From Candidatus Aphodosoma sp. (GTDB lineage Bacteria > Bacteroidota > Bacteroidia > Bacteroidales > Paludibacteraceae): 64,000 nucleotides of DNA. The DNA lies in NCBI GenBank assembly GCA_045614825.1, contig JAZLDO010000040.1, positions 3,815 through 67,814 of the forward strand, written 5' to 3'. The translations under genes were made by a program, and so were the position numbers. The notes under the pieces were generated by a model. It had not been told where the DNA came from and searched no databases. It saw nothing but the letters and a program-made list of their open reading frames with translations. Of the stretch, positions 41,301 through 50,700 are shown in pieces (position 1 is the stretch's first letter; each line of letters starts with the position of its first letter).

Positions 41301-42716
41301 GTCTTTTGTAATTTCATATTCATATCTTCCTGCGTTACCAAATTCTGTCCAATGTAAAGTTACTGATTGTGCCAAAATATTTCTTACTTTAATATCTTCC
41401 AAACGTGGACACGCTGGACGCTCTCTCACCATAAAATTGTCAATATACAATCTGTCACTTCCATCAACACCTGCTGGCAATGATATAAACAATGCTAAAT
41501 CCTCTTGATCTCCATAATATGTAACATCCGTACAGAAACGCACTTCATGCCAACCGCTATGAGTGTCAATAGTATCTTCCCAAATAACTTCAAAAGCATC
41601 TGCCGACAATGGATCGACTGTCAAACCTACACTAAATGGCAATCCATAATCACCATAAACCATAAAAGATACCTCTAAATCATTTGCTGCATGAGCAAAT
41701 TGACTTGACACTATATATGCTGTTTTTGAAGCATTACCTTTCATTAACAAAGAGTAACCCACATTATCATATTTAAAAGATGATGTTACCTCTACCCCAA
41801 GCATATTGTCAGGATTCACTAACCAACACATTGGAATAACCTTCGCCTCTGCATCAAAATTCTCACTATAAGGCAATGCTATTGGATCACACAATGTTGC
41901 AAAAACAAACTCTTCTGTATATTTTGACAAACCTTGACTCACCTCTTCACAATCAGAACGCATTACCACAATGTAATTTTTACTACTTTCCAACCCTTCT
42001 ATTGTGAAGAAATATGATCCATCATTCTCAAATCTATAATCATCATAATCACCAACTACTGCACCTGCTTCATCTTTTACTGTAATTCTAAAATGGTCAG
42101 GTGTCGAACCTCCATCCGAATTTACTGCCCAAATAATTGATGCACTATTTTGCGACACCGATACCATCTCTATATCCATCGGATAAGCACAAATCGACAC
42201 ATCTTCTATCGATACTTTATCAAAATAAGCATAACCTCCTGCCGTAGTAGCCTTTCCATAAAATGCTATCTTTATCGTTTTACCAGTATAATTTTTCAAC
42301 GAGTATGTTTTCAACGCCCATGCAGAAGATACCAAATTCGCTTCTAATAAGTTACGAGTTTCTGTACCATCACCATTCAATACATCAACATACACCGAGA
42401 ATTCGGCTGTTTCGTTTTTGAAATAGAAATTCAAATCTTTATCCGATGACAATGTTATCTCTGGTGTACGCAATACACTAAACGTACCTCCAGGATTTGC
42501 ATCAAATCTCATACACATAGCATCAAACGAAGCCTCTTTTTGGCCACGCCACGCGTATGATCCAGAAGCCTGCCCCTCTGTTATACTCCAATCACTTGGT
42601 ATCGCTCGAGCTTTAACATCATTGAAATCTTCATAAAAATTAGATTGAGCATTCAGTTCAAATGCTAAACTCAATAACAATGTAATAATAAGAAAGAAAT
42701 AAGATTTTGTTTTCAT
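32379..42716 (-). CDS. Giant secreted surface protein (3445 aa), collinear paralogue of the 3739-aa protein
   Basis: Uninterrupted 10.3-kb ORF with signal peptide MKTKSYFFLIITLLLSLAFELNAQ. About 11 jelly-roll/FN3-like alternations are followed by seven Cys repeats (32658-33782). The tail ...VIAPNPILGG...GVYLVRVIDGTGAIHLGRIVVVQ lies at 32382-32657. Confidence 0.9.
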   Translation of the reverse strand: MKTKSYFFLIITLLLSLAFELNAQSNFYEDFNDVKARAIPSDWSITEGQASGSYAWRGQKEASFDAMCMRFDANPGGTFSVLRTPEITLSSDKDLNFYFKNETAEFSVYVDVLNGDGTETRNLLEANLVSSAWALKTYSLKNYTGKTIKIAFYGKATTAGGYAYFDKVSIEDVSICAYPMDIEMVSVSQNSASIIWAVNSDGGSTPDHFRITVKDEAGAVVGDYDDYRFENDGSYFFTIEGLESSKNYIVVMRSDCEEVSQGLSKYTEEFVFATLCDPIALPYSENFDAEAKVIPMCWLVNPDNMLGVEVTSSFKYDNVGYSLLMKGNASKTAYIVSSQFAHAANDLEVSFMVYGDYGLPFSVGLTVDPLSADAFEVIWEDTIDTHSGWHEVRFCTDVTYYGDQEDLALFISLPAGVDGSDRLYIDNFMVRERPACPRLEDIKVRNILAQSVTLHWTEFGNAGRYEYEITKDSVVIKSEEFSATSPLVSISGLEGNTRYSVRVRSKCAGTEGGEWSLPVEFTTACDVMASNVFAESFEAANSLIPDCWQVKQFVKGYGEGDDYGDQGVDIYTTAFSSLYSGASYENRAKDGQKVLRFRATKGGTRTAIITQAMQMEVAGSYDVSFWVFRHDKEVMVDGVVYPEKFRVLVNNRPDTLGATVLDEINVSMFHAPQVEAPGWYQYDYNIPLSGEVYFMIEAESQPKGYDLYVDDIRVYDAPTCRKIKDIEMIAPTQTEFGLKWAKGKDENSWVVSYRLTNPDNFATIKSGKETVSGAPEFKLSGLTHSTEYRIAGKVASYCGVGDTSVWVEFDYRFMTECDVVSTLPYEENFEGTTFPPVCWSTTSPEGSIERHERTEYMYEGAGVQLEAPGNGQALVTPQFKFTENKEYRISFMMMRNFGDGGIKVMLNDTPDTVGAEELLYIPTSYTETPAETKKGYYQYKADFDAVGNKYLLFVQTSVEFTSAHDYIDKVIVSEKPACDNINDFKINHVTSYTAQVEILDEGVTACEVSFTGVGIAPDAGKVISSESAVIDVTGLSTDTEYDVYVRMVCGNVKGAWSSKKITIKTHCTPFEVTKTTPLEEGFEEFQEAQQLAGCYLREDGGGYFRTEKRDATHQSMVANSGQLYAWMSSGVSAVMYRPLKLKAGVYYEFSAYAIQGGSSSSHISLAYTKIPVVDSLQPVLFEEIIQEEWTKHLGYFQVPEDGIYYFGIKVYAGANIGIDDIKIEEVSCVPPTTGVANLTSNSAAIKVTDMNAGKWLLSVNDFSFTPEGVMGNVFYGEITAEYTDLENLDSNKEYYYAIKSLCSEDEESSWSEVRTFRTRCSAQSLPMTDGFEYDINCWIFLGEYQNVNQITYPKHDGNYSLSLSKAIVVTPELAVESLADYMIEGWIYASAADQDISIGVTTSIDDISSGFEPIGTYHVQKAMKWEKFSFYFNDLHTSDYEHVKDAKHVVIYLPQDDVSFCLDDVEIKLAPTCKQPVETTILEVTENSCTIGWTSKGEESSWRIVGKRGEHVSVDTIVNTNPATVENLLHSTAYDFTIQSVCSESELSEAANVGTVTTECGVWALPYLEDFTGYSYGEIPLCWENLDNGGWFVERDNRIYFPTNEKNKEGEKATILTPKFDLRDTEGAVMTINLANSYADTVTIKLSIDGGETYPIVLGKGYKELPNYTKLTFDLSAYVGNIVRISIEATASGIETSYVVINRFELEKLESCMRPVSLNLRGIGGNSVTIEVNDTTGATAWQYVVVEKNKEGFVEEEIVDVTENPFTINNLKGFTNYALKVRTNCGDKQSSWREIEFKTLCADINSIPYYDSFEEISNVNEGCYTIFSEKPAEQWRPSCGLSWSTYSDGEQSLQMFPSKDYPMFVIMPQFEIPTTSLQLTMDYMSKQTSYYAPDIVVGVMTDATNPASFVEVVTLPSFVPRKDVNDKEVFETVRIPFNVLESEFANARIAIKVGPTLYDNGDACIDNIKIEEVQGCPDVRAIELISTDETSAVVAVKYQSDAVQLAYGLATQDLDSMSRIVSVLDTIELTDLTKGANYIVYARSVCGTDTGEWVQPMLFGTRCDVYTIDDVTMYSESFNSYGNHPMAFPSCYTRLNSVVELGVEYPKLSRAGNGEGDKQVLHLYKDVALALPEFNLPGERLQILFNSCNPSGGTYYKIGLQSDLSDESTFVEVKELYASSLLRQVQIDFSSYKVEGKYIVFKGTTKTSSVYIDNIVVSKAPECFAPTDLKIQMLGDTFAVAVWNHAPAAVKYECELSSELGINKFDVDTLTEQLVLKDLARSTKYVLRMRTICGEDQTATDWVEKEFITMKDVPELPYICGFEEDEENSEWILKNEQLKFVIAGNSNNSVKTGEKALYVADATGVYGYYDYGSSNIYAYRTFLFEAGDYIISYDWKSNGEENRDFGRVFLAPMDIYVTAGNKIGADELNLETYIRLHENDKLEGSPAWTSESTIVSIDEPTNYNLVVQWSNDVSGASNPPLSIDNIRIERFECGVVSNLSLRYVATDSVIVDFVNSGSGEVEWELGTESGIVSGDSISLGGLVANTEYQLKVRPVCDGDVESPWSTLTFTTTCEAVVINEGGLFVEDFETYSDNDVFSNCWTEDHESGSNRWLINNVDASVVASANSGSKFMSLSSRGGFNKNRVMRDFALEGGKYYKVSVYARQSDRTSAYVSLVSTVNAQREVEILVREEVGNIGYQKIAAELFVEESGVYQLGIEGEVSSSSWNVMIDDFSVEALAVGTPVNLLVDAVTESSVELCWLGNGDLYDVEIMQGNVVVNTIQVSDTKASITGLHASTSYKARVRAIKDGVVSDWAELVFNTMCGVVYPPFIEDFEGEELTKIPLCWDNTTHTSLVENIYNWAVFKIDDYSYISSEYGNCVRMSCASTNGYATLETPSIMLDGNYSLSFRYANSSPTEQLKVVVITATATDTLDSFGGTDNNWELARYDLSDYNGKEIKIGFYSTASKASSAHVYVDDVRVICYVDNVVYEDVICEPLQGTVTYSRYGFEVNSSKLKVGENRLTMLCEASGVGECDTLKTLHLTMNSSGTYQYNDTICEGEVYNKAPFENKNLVVEGYYEARLTSACGCDSIVRLKLTVLPTAYAISDTICEGDVYMLGNEAITEAGIYTDTLVNSRGCDSIITLTMSVIPKYFVETRLVCEGDKVEWLDTVLTTSGRYERVYSTNRGCDSVEVMELTVLPAEVEVYDTICLGSTYQFLDTILTDAGDFTRVFQNVLRCDSTVHLHLAVVEPEPTIENDYICEGELYTGYGYNKLAIYQDTMLIQRFSYPDKCDSVVHIYVDYVETIEIDTIVYIAEGEFYEFGEKSLTKAGKYREVFTSAAGCDSIVNLTLEVGTGIDDIYVLSLVIAPNPILGGSTTYINREWTAEEQRGLMLEVVDATGKVVLRHTPTTYPIEVEGLPTTGVYLVRVIDGTGAIHLGRIVVVQ

Positions 42717-42754
42717 AAATATTTTTTTAAGATTAATATTCTAAATATAAACAA

Positions 42755-42792
42755 TAGTCAGATAGGTCTGACAAGTCCGACCTATCTGACTA
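42755..42792 (-). terminator. Perfect 14-bp stem-loop between the OmpA-like gene and the 3445-aa gene
   Basis: TAGTCAGATAGGTC-TGACAAGTCC-GACCTATCTGACTA. There is no clear U-run, so it could be an attenuator or an RNA-processing/stability element. Confidence 0.55.
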
Positions 42793-42801
42793 TTATATTT
42801 C

Positions 42802-44445
42802 TTATTCACTAAGAATAGTAAATTCTACCCTTCGGTTTTCTGCACGACCTTCAGCAGTTTTGTTCGATTCGATTGGTTCTTTCGAGCCTCGACCATTCCA
42901 TTCCATTCTCGATGGGTCTATGCCACGTTTAACCATTTCATCATATACTGCCTTAGCACGTCCTTCTGACAATTTTTTGTTGTAACGCTCTGAACCTACG
43001 TTATCGGTGTGACCCGTAATTCTAATTCTCATATTAGGATTTTGCGCCAACAACTGATACAATTCTTCAAGCGATGGTGCCGATACATTACGTATAGTCG
43101 TTTTGTCTGTATCGAACAACAAGTTACGCAAGATTACAACTGTGTTTTCCTTAATTGGTTGCAAGTCAACATACAATGTGTCACTTATCACATTAAACAA
43201 TGTATCATTGAAATCAATATATCCTGGACGAGAAACAAAGAGTCCATACATTCCATTATCTATTTGCTCTTCAACAAAACCTGTCTCTTTATCTGTCATA
43301 CCAGCAAAGATTGTATCTGTTGTTTCTCCCAAATTATAAACTTTAACCACAGCATCCAATGGCTCTTGAGTTTCATAATCACTAACAAACAAATAGAAGT
43401 ATGTAGGATCTGGAATATAAGAAATCTCACGCAACTGAGGACGACGCATTTTTCTTTTTGGTTGTGGTTTCGGTGCTTTGTCTATACCAAACAATACTGT
43501 AAATTTAGCACCTATCACAAAAGAATTAACTGCCTTCGACGCTGCCATATTAGTATTAAACACACTGCGTGGAGTCATATTCTTAATGTCTCCTATCGGC
43601 ATTTCTATCTTTTCTCCTACAGATGTCATATTTGCCGAATTCAACAAAATATCTGTTGTGGTATTCTTGTTTATGTTCAACAAACCATAATCTGCAAAAA
43701 GTCCTACTCTATACGATATATCACGACGCGACACTCCTTCTCCCATCTCTCTTGCTTTTGCTGGTATCCACTCGTCTATACAAAGACCCAACTCTGCAGA
43801 TGCTATAACATCCAATCCCAAACTCATTTTCCCTTTATGCTTTAATGAAAATGTTTCCAAATCATGAGTTGGCATATTCTCTAAGTTGTCAATCAATTCT
43901 CTATCTTCCATGAATGTTGTTACATTACTCTTCATCGAGTAATTATTCATCATTCCAATACCTGCTTTAGCACCTAAAAGGAAATAAATAGAGTTAAATT
44001 CTCCTCCAAACATAACTGGTATATTCAAGGCAAATCTATTTTGTTGTTCCTTATAATCTGTCAAATCCATATTGAAAAACATCTTATGATTTGTCATATT
44101 ACCATCAGAATACAAATAATCGCCTTGATAATTCATAGGATCAAACAATGTTGATGAGTTTAAATACATAAACTCCAACCCTGCACGGAAATTAAAATTT
44201 GATTTATGTTTCATAAAATAACCAAATCCAACCATTCCCGCACCTCCTCCAGGAACCGATGTGCCTTCGATTTTGTGCATCAATGATGAATAACCCGCTC
44301 CACCATAAACATCAATAAATGATTTCATTGTCTTCGGAGCTTCTGTTGGTTTTTTACGTTTACGCTTTTGCGCTTCTACATCAGAAAACGGTATTAACAA
44401 CAATACTGCTAATAACAAAAATCCAATTTTTCTAAGACTTCTCAT
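42802..44445 (-). CDS. Outer-membrane beta-barrel / CarboxypepD_reg-like / OmpA_C three-part protein
   Basis: 547 aa with signal peptide ...DVEAQ. The N-terminal half shows alternating aromatic/Gly beta-strand patterns. The middle is a prealbumin-like segment (YLFVSDYETQEPLDAVVKVYN...GLFVSRPGY). The C-terminus is an OmpA domain (LFDTDKTTI...ITGHTDNVGSERYNKKLSEGRAKAV...NRRVEF). Confidence 0.85.
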   Translation of the reverse strand: MRSLRKIGFLLLAVLLLIPFSDVEAQKRKRKKPTEAPKTMKSFIDVYGGAGYSSLMHKIEGTSVPGGGAGMVGFGYFMKHKSNFNFRAGLEFMYLNSSTLFDPMNYQGDYLYSDGNMTNHKMFFNMDLTDYKEQQNRFALNIPVMFGGEFNSIYFLLGAKAGIGMMNNYSMKSNVTTFMEDRELIDNLENMPTHDLETFSLKHKGKMSLGLDVIASAELGLCIDEWIPAKAREMGEGVSRRDISYRVGLFADYGLLNINKNTTTDILLNSANMTSVGEKIEMPIGDIKNMTPRSVFNTNMAASKAVNSFVIGAKFTVLFGIDKAPKPQPKRKMRRPQLREISYIPDPTYFYLFVSDYETQEPLDAVVKVYNLGETTDTIFAGMTDKETGFVEEQIDNGMYGLFVSRPGYIDFNDTLFNVISDTLYVDLQPIKENTVVILRNLLFDTDKTTIRNVSAPSLEELYQLLAQNPNMRIRITGHTDNVGSERYNKKLSEGRAKAVYDEMVKRGIDPSRMEWNGRGSKEPIESNKTAEGRAENRRVEFTILSE

Positions 44446-44472
44446 AATAATTTATTTTTACTTTTTATTTTT

Positions 44473-47400
44473 TTATCTAACTACAATTTTTTCTACATCA
44501 ACACCGCCATCTTCCCTTTCTATAACCATTATATACAATCCCGATTGACTTGGTGTTTGAATATAATTCATACCTTCATTCAAATCAAACTTCATATAAA
44601 TCAATCCCGACAAACTATATATATATCCTCGCGCTGTTTCTGGCGAATCTACCTCTATACGCTCATTCGTAAATACCAATACTCCTGTATTTTCCAACTC
44701 CTCTTCTGCAAAATGTTCTGGAACTAATCCACAAGTCATTATTGCTACTCCATCGTCTTCGCGTGTCAACAAAACTTGGTATTCTCCTTCAAAATCCAAA
44801 TCCAACCCCGTATAATATTGCGATGTTGTGAATCCTTCTAATGGCGTTCCATTCAAAAACCATTGATAAGCAACAAATTCATAACCTCCATTATACTCGC
44901 TATTCTTAATAGCCAACACATCATTCCATCTTTGTGCTATAATATCACTCGGATACAACACTTCTAATGTCAATGTAGTATCTAAATTGCCACAATCACT
45001 ATTATAGAACGTAAAATCAACATCATACCTATCTGGCTTTATACCTTCAGGCAAAACAATGTGTATCGAAGAAACGACACTATCTAAAACCTCAATATCT
45101 TCAAACCCAGCATTCTTTGCCTTATCGGAATATTCAACATTATAACCTGTCAATTTACCACTACTTACTGTATAATCTAACTCAACCATATCATCATCTG
45201 CACATATTGTTGGTACATCGAATTTCAAAACCAAAGACTCCAAAACTTCTAAATTCAACACATAATACAACGAATCACAACCTAATGAACTTGGAACTCC
45301 TTTTTCATAAACTCCTGTTTTTGTCAACTTTTCCGACTCTGTGCCAACAACCCATTCAAATGGCAATTCTGCCGTACAAACCATAGTATCAACTACTATT
45401 GTATCTGCCAACAATGTCTCCAAAGTCAATTGCAATATCGAATCACAACCACACCACACTGAGGTCAATGTATCTACATAAACACCTGCTTCGCTATACA
45501 TCTTGCCATTAAATTCCACTTCTCCTCCAGCGCAAATATAGTGATGCTCTACACCTATAGTTTCACCAATTGCAGGGGCTTTTATTTCTATCTCTTTAAT
45601 ATCTTCACACGCATTAAACATACCTCTAACCACAAGAGCAAACGTGTCTCCCTCATTTGGAGCTACTATACGCATTTTTGGATCTGTCGATACTGTCAAT
45701 CCATTTTCAAACAGAGTTCCCTTCTGACTCTTTATCTCCAAATAATACTCTTTAATTGATGCTACAGTTGGCTCTACATCTAATGTATCTGTCACATTAC
45801 CCTCTTTGTCCATCTTCAAATCCACCATCTTACTATTATCAATCAACTCTATGTAGTTCACACAATCTTGTGGCTTATGAATATAATCAACACCTACTTT
45901 TGGAACACGTGGCCACACGTTGGCATTCAATGTAAAATAACAACCCTCATCCTCTGGATAAATCAAATCTACAGAATATGAGTTTATATCATTCTCTGGT
46001 ACAACAAAAAATCTTTCTGTGCTAACAGGTGTTTTATTTTCATCGCCTTGCACATACCACAAGTAATTAAAACCTGATGGAACAAACAATGTGTCTGCTT
46101 TTTCTGTACAACTCATACCCTCAATTTCACCCTCTGTACAATCCAAAACAAAATATCCGTATGCAAAGTGATAATTGGCAACACATGCTGTCAATGTTAT
46201 ACGTATTTTCACTGTAGAACCCATATGCTCCGCCAAGTTAATACCCAATGTCGTCCAATCCAACCATTTCACAGGGCAGTCATGCGAAATAACTTCTCCC
46301 TCTTTTGGTTGATATGTTTTCCATCCACGAGTATTGCCTTCCGACACGTCACGAGCATTAAAATCTGCCGACGCACACGCCAACACACGCTCACGACCTA
46401 CTGCCGTATTCACAATCTCTACTTTTATACTTGTTTGTTCATTTGCTGCATGATGCGATGCATATTGCAATACTGCTGCATATTTCAACAGCAACACCGA
46501 TTTATCTTCTGGTATTGTATAGGTATATTCAATAACACCCGATGGCGACCCCTGACCTGTTATCGGTGAGTCTCCATGTGGTCCCTCTGTCCAGTTACCT
46601 AAACGCACCGATGCCATCTCGCCCTCTGGTACGGTCTTCAATTGATAACCGGTCAAACGGTCATACTCATCTTGCATATAATGCACGGTGTGAATACTAT
46701 GACGACTCTCATAGCCATAGTCTATAGCACGATTTTGTTCTTTCGGAACATCAAATGGACCAAAAAAACATTTAGTCGCACTATTTGTGAAATCCATATA
46801 ATTCAAACAATGCTTCGCATCTTCATAAACTATATAGTTCGCCTTCTCAACCCACATACTTGTGTCGTTCGCACACAAAGATCTAATCCTGAAATTATAT
46901 ACTCCCTCTGGTATTGTTGAATATGGAATCAAATACTCGGTAGTTGTTATTCCTTTTATTGTTACTACTGCTGTATCTGTCAACGAACTAACCCTATTAT
47001 ACATCAACTCATATTCCGTAGCCTTTCCTGTCCACGACAATTTTACACCACTTACCTCTTTATCTATAAGTATATTAGTAGGTTTTGTTGCACATGCCGT
47101 TGGAGATTTTGCTCTATCAAATTGTATATTGTCTATACAAGGTCCTGGATTATAAATATTCTTATCTCCATCTTCCTTAAACAAAAACACTAAATAATAA
47201 TATCCATCTTCTGATGCTGTAACTTGCCCCTCTACCTGAGTCCACAAAGATGTCTTAAACACTTCCTCGCCATTTGAACTTACAAACTTATTATCTAATG
47301 CATATTGAGGAAATGTTCCCATTGATGTGGTTGTAGGTTTCGCACCACGCAAAAAAGCCACTCGCATCACATCCGACTCTTCATGGTCTTCGCCTTGCAA

Positions 47401-47742
47401 ACGATATTCAAACATCAAATCATACTTGCCTTTTTCCAAGTAAAAAGATTTATATGCAATCACCACACTACCCGATGCTATAAACGAATAGCCTGCCGTT
47501 TTTGCAGAGTCTGTCGATACATACATCGCATGACTTCCCATACGATGCACAGCAGTACCCACTGCAAAACTGTGTCCAACTTTTGCCCGTTTCTCAAACT
47601 TCCAACCGTATGTGCCTACTGTATCTTCTGGATTTTCAAAACCACAAAAATATGGCAACGGAGTATAACCTTCTTGTTGTCCATAAACAACAAAACTTAC
47701 CGACAACAAAATAAGCAATAATGCATGCTGAAAGATTTTCAT
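44473..47742 (-). CDS. Secreted multidomain protein (about 1089 aa) with a divergent T9SS-like tail
   Basis: I place the start at the ATG at 47740-47742 (MKIFQHALLLILLSVSFVVYGQ); the track start 47781 is TTG. It contains an N-terminal jelly-roll module, an FN3-like module, a conserved unknown domain (46108-46812), two Cys repeats (45238-45567) and the tail ...GLYIMVIEREDGGVDVEKIVVR. Confidence 0.85.
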   Translation of the reverse strand: MKIFQHALLLILLSVSFVVYGQQEGYTPLPYFCGFENPEDTVGTYGWKFEKRAKVGHSFAVGTAVHRMGSHAMYVSTDSAKTAGYSFIASGSVVIAYKSFYLEKGKYDLMFEYRLQGEDHEESDVMRVAFLRGAKPTTTSMGTFPQYALDNKFVSSNGEEVFKTSLWTQVEGQVTASEDGYYYLVFLFKEDGDKNIYNPGPCIDNIQFDRAKSPTACATKPTNILIDKEVSGVKLSWTGKATEYELMYNRVSSLTDTAVVTIKGITTTEYLIPYSTIPEGVYNFRIRSLCANDTSMWVEKANYIVYEDAKHCLNYMDFTNSATKCFFGPFDVPKEQNRAIDYGYESRHSIHTVHYMQDEYDRLTGYQLKTVPEGEMASVRLGNWTEGPHGDSPITGQGSPSGVIEYTYTIPEDKSVLLLKYAAVLQYASHHAANEQTSIKVEIVNTAVGRERVLACASADFNARDVSEGNTRGWKTYQPKEGEVISHDCPVKWLDWTTLGINLAEHMGSTVKIRITLTACVANYHFAYGYFVLDCTEGEIEGMSCTEKADTLFVPSGFNYLWYVQGDENKTPVSTERFFVVPENDINSYSVDLIYPEDEGCYFTLNANVWPRVPKVGVDYIHKPQDCVNYIELIDNSKMVDLKMDKEGNVTDTLDVEPTVASIKEYYLEIKSQKGTLFENGLTVSTDPKMRIVAPNEGDTFALVVRGMFNACEDIKEIEIKAPAIGETIGVEHHYICAGGEVEFNGKMYSEAGVYVDTLTSVWCGCDSILQLTLETLLADTIVVDTMVCTAELPFEWVVGTESEKLTKTGVYEKGVPSSLGCDSLYYVLNLEVLESLVLKFDVPTICADDDMVELDYTVSSGKLTGYNVEYSDKAKNAGFEDIEVLDSVVSSIHIVLPEGIKPDRYDVDFTFYNSDCGNLDTTLTLEVLYPSDIIAQRWNDVLAIKNSEYNGGYEFVAYQWFLNGTPLEGFTTSQYYTGLDLDFEGEYQVLLTREDDGVAIMTCGLVPEHFAEEELENTGVLVFTNERIEVDSPETARGYIYSLSGLIYMKFDLNEGMNYIQTPSQSGLYIMVIEREDGGVDVEKIVVR

Positions 47743-47773
47743 GTCTAATATAGATTTTTGTTTGTAATTTTTC

Positions 47774-50700
47774 TTATTCAACTACTACCTTTCTCACCAA
47801 TCTCTCATCTCCTATCACAAGTTCCAACAAATAAACACCCTGTCTTTGTGGCGTACTACTCAAATATCCATCCTTCACAACCACCTCTTCGCCAACCAAA
47901 ATACCTGCTACACTCCACCAACGCACTACACAATCGTTATACCCCTCTTCAAACACCACAACAACTCTTTCGCCAACATCTATTTTGTTAGATACTATAT
48001 CTACTCCCAAAGCCTCCACATTTTCCACTGGCGTACCTACATTGAAACTCAAACCACAACTCATAATCTCCTCTCTTTCGCCCTTTTTAATCAATCCCAC
48101 AGTATAAATATCACTATTATTTATGTCTTCTTCTTGTACATATATATATGTATCATTCTCCCCTTCCATAGGCACCCCATTTTTGTACCACTGTATGTGG
48201 TCAAACTCAAACCCTCCATTATGCTCTGTATCTAACAATGTTATCACATTAGTGAATTTCTGCTCTATTGTTTTCGATGAATACAACACATCCAAGCCTA
48301 CTGCATTCACACACTTCTGCATCTCTCCATTTTCATCCTTATAATAGAACACTACATTCATTTCATATTTACCAGGAATCAATGGATTTACACCATCCTT
48401 TTTATCTGATATTTCACTCACTTTCAAATCTATTACACCACCTTCCATCAATGGGGTCTTCGCCACATCTTTCAATCCAGCTGCTTTTGCAGCATCACTA
48501 AATTGTATTTCATAAGACTCAAAACCGGTCTCTCCATCGCTATACTCCAATACCAAATTCTCACCGCTACACAATTTTATGCTCTCATCCATCGACAATT
48601 TTGCCACAGTCAAAAACAATGTAACCACAGTGTCGCATTCGCATTTACTTGTGCTATCTGCCTTATACACGGTACGATACTTACCCGAACGAGAAAATTC
48701 TTGCCCGTTAAGAACATACGTCTCATCTCCGCATAAATATGCCGATATTGTATCTCTCTCTTTTGGTATTACCTTTAAATCAAGATATACTGTCGAGTCG
48801 CAACCTCCAAACGAAGTTCCTCTATACACTCGATAGAATCCCTCTTGCATATATCTACGACCCTCTATTTTCAACGATTTACCCTCACAGATAGTATCGC
48901 ATATAGTATCTATCACCGCACCTAAACGAGGGACATTCACAGTAACAATAGTATCATCAATACACTCATCGTTCGAAATACCGGTTTGCAACATCACATC
49001 AAACTTACCTCCCCCATTCGGGAAACGATACATCAAACTATCACCTTCGTGTATCAATGTCCAATCGCCATTCTCTTTCAAATACCATCTATGTGTCTCA
49101 CATTTCTCACCTGTTGCACCTCGTGCTGTAGTCACGTGGCTTGTATTTTGGAAATTGATATAGTTTTCGTTACAGAAACGAGGAACCCATTTTGGCGAGA
49201 ATTGTGCTTTTGGCAATTTTGGCAAAAGACTCGCATCCAACTCAAAATAACATGTTGAATCTTGCGCAAACATCACCTTACAACGATACAACGCTGTATC
49301 GTTTTTCTCTATACCTTGCAAATTTCGTGTTGTACACACTGTTTTATTATCACGCACGCGATACCATCTATAGTTAAATCCTATCGGCGCATTGATATTT
49401 GCTCCTGCATTTTCACCACACGACAATCCCTCAATCGTTGCCTCTTCGCAATTCAACGTATAATAAGCATAACCAAAGTGTCCTCCTTGTGCACAGTCAA
49501 ACACAGTCAATCGAATCTTGAATTTCAACGGACCATACTTAGCATATTCTGTCATATTAATACCTACAGTAGTCCATTCTTTCCACAATATTGGAGTTCC
49601 TGCATTTATTATATGCCATGTTCCATCTGAATTTGGATTATTGATCAACTCTTTTGTGTTTGCCACAAAGTTAGCATCACCACAACCCGATGCGTCAAGC
49701 GGATTATCATGTTCATCCAACAATTCCAACATAAATACAGGTTGTTCTACTCTGTCATGACCTGGATCCTCAATCACAATTGCATATTTGAGCAACAAAA
49801 TCATATTCGATCCCGAATCTAAATAGTGTGTATAAGTAACACTCTCAAACTCACCGCCCATATTCCAGTTTCCTAAACGCACCGACACAACCTCGCCTTC
49901 TGGTACGGTTGGCAATTCATTTCCTGTACGAGGATCCATCTCTCCCGGAATATAATGTTTTGTATGACGCGACTGACCTGAATTATAACCAAAATCTACT
50001 GCGCCTATACGCACCGAACCTGAAGTTACATTCGGATAAAACTTGTCATTCACAAAAGCTCCTCCTGGCACATGTGCGCCTGTCTCACACTCCGTGCCAT
50101 CAATATCCCAATTAATAAAGTCTATACAATGCGACAAGGCATTATATACCAATACATTATTTTGTACCACCCACACCGATGTATCATCAGGACAACAACT
50201 ACGCACAAAAATATCATAAACCCCCTCTTCCATTCCTTTCACGGTATATGAAGTTTGGTTTATTCCTGTCACATGATGCACTTCCGACTCTCCATATCGG
50301 CGATACATCAACTCATAACCTGTCGCTCCACCATCCCAACGCACAGAAATATCCGACGACAAAGCACTCGTTCTCACATTTTCTGGTTTTCCACATCCTT
50401 GTGCTCCAATCTGTATATTATCTATCACGATTGATGGCAAACTTGGATTATTATTGCTCGCATCATTTTTCCAAACAAACACCAATTTATACATCGTGGT
50501 CGATTGTTGTGTAATTGTTGTTGTCGACGTTTTCCACTCTTTCGAACCACACAAAAAATCAACTCCATCAAACACTAATTTCGTATTTTTTATGAATGTT
50601 GGCTCACTCGTTACACTACTATTTGTCGCCATTTTTGTCGAAACCCAACATACATACAAACCATCAGCTCCCATTTCACCCTCACATTTCCATGTGAAAC

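Noticed and set aside
43009-43845. 278-aa plus-strand ORF
   Set aside because: It is antisense to the OmpA-family gene and has C/I/F/Y-rich nonsense composition.
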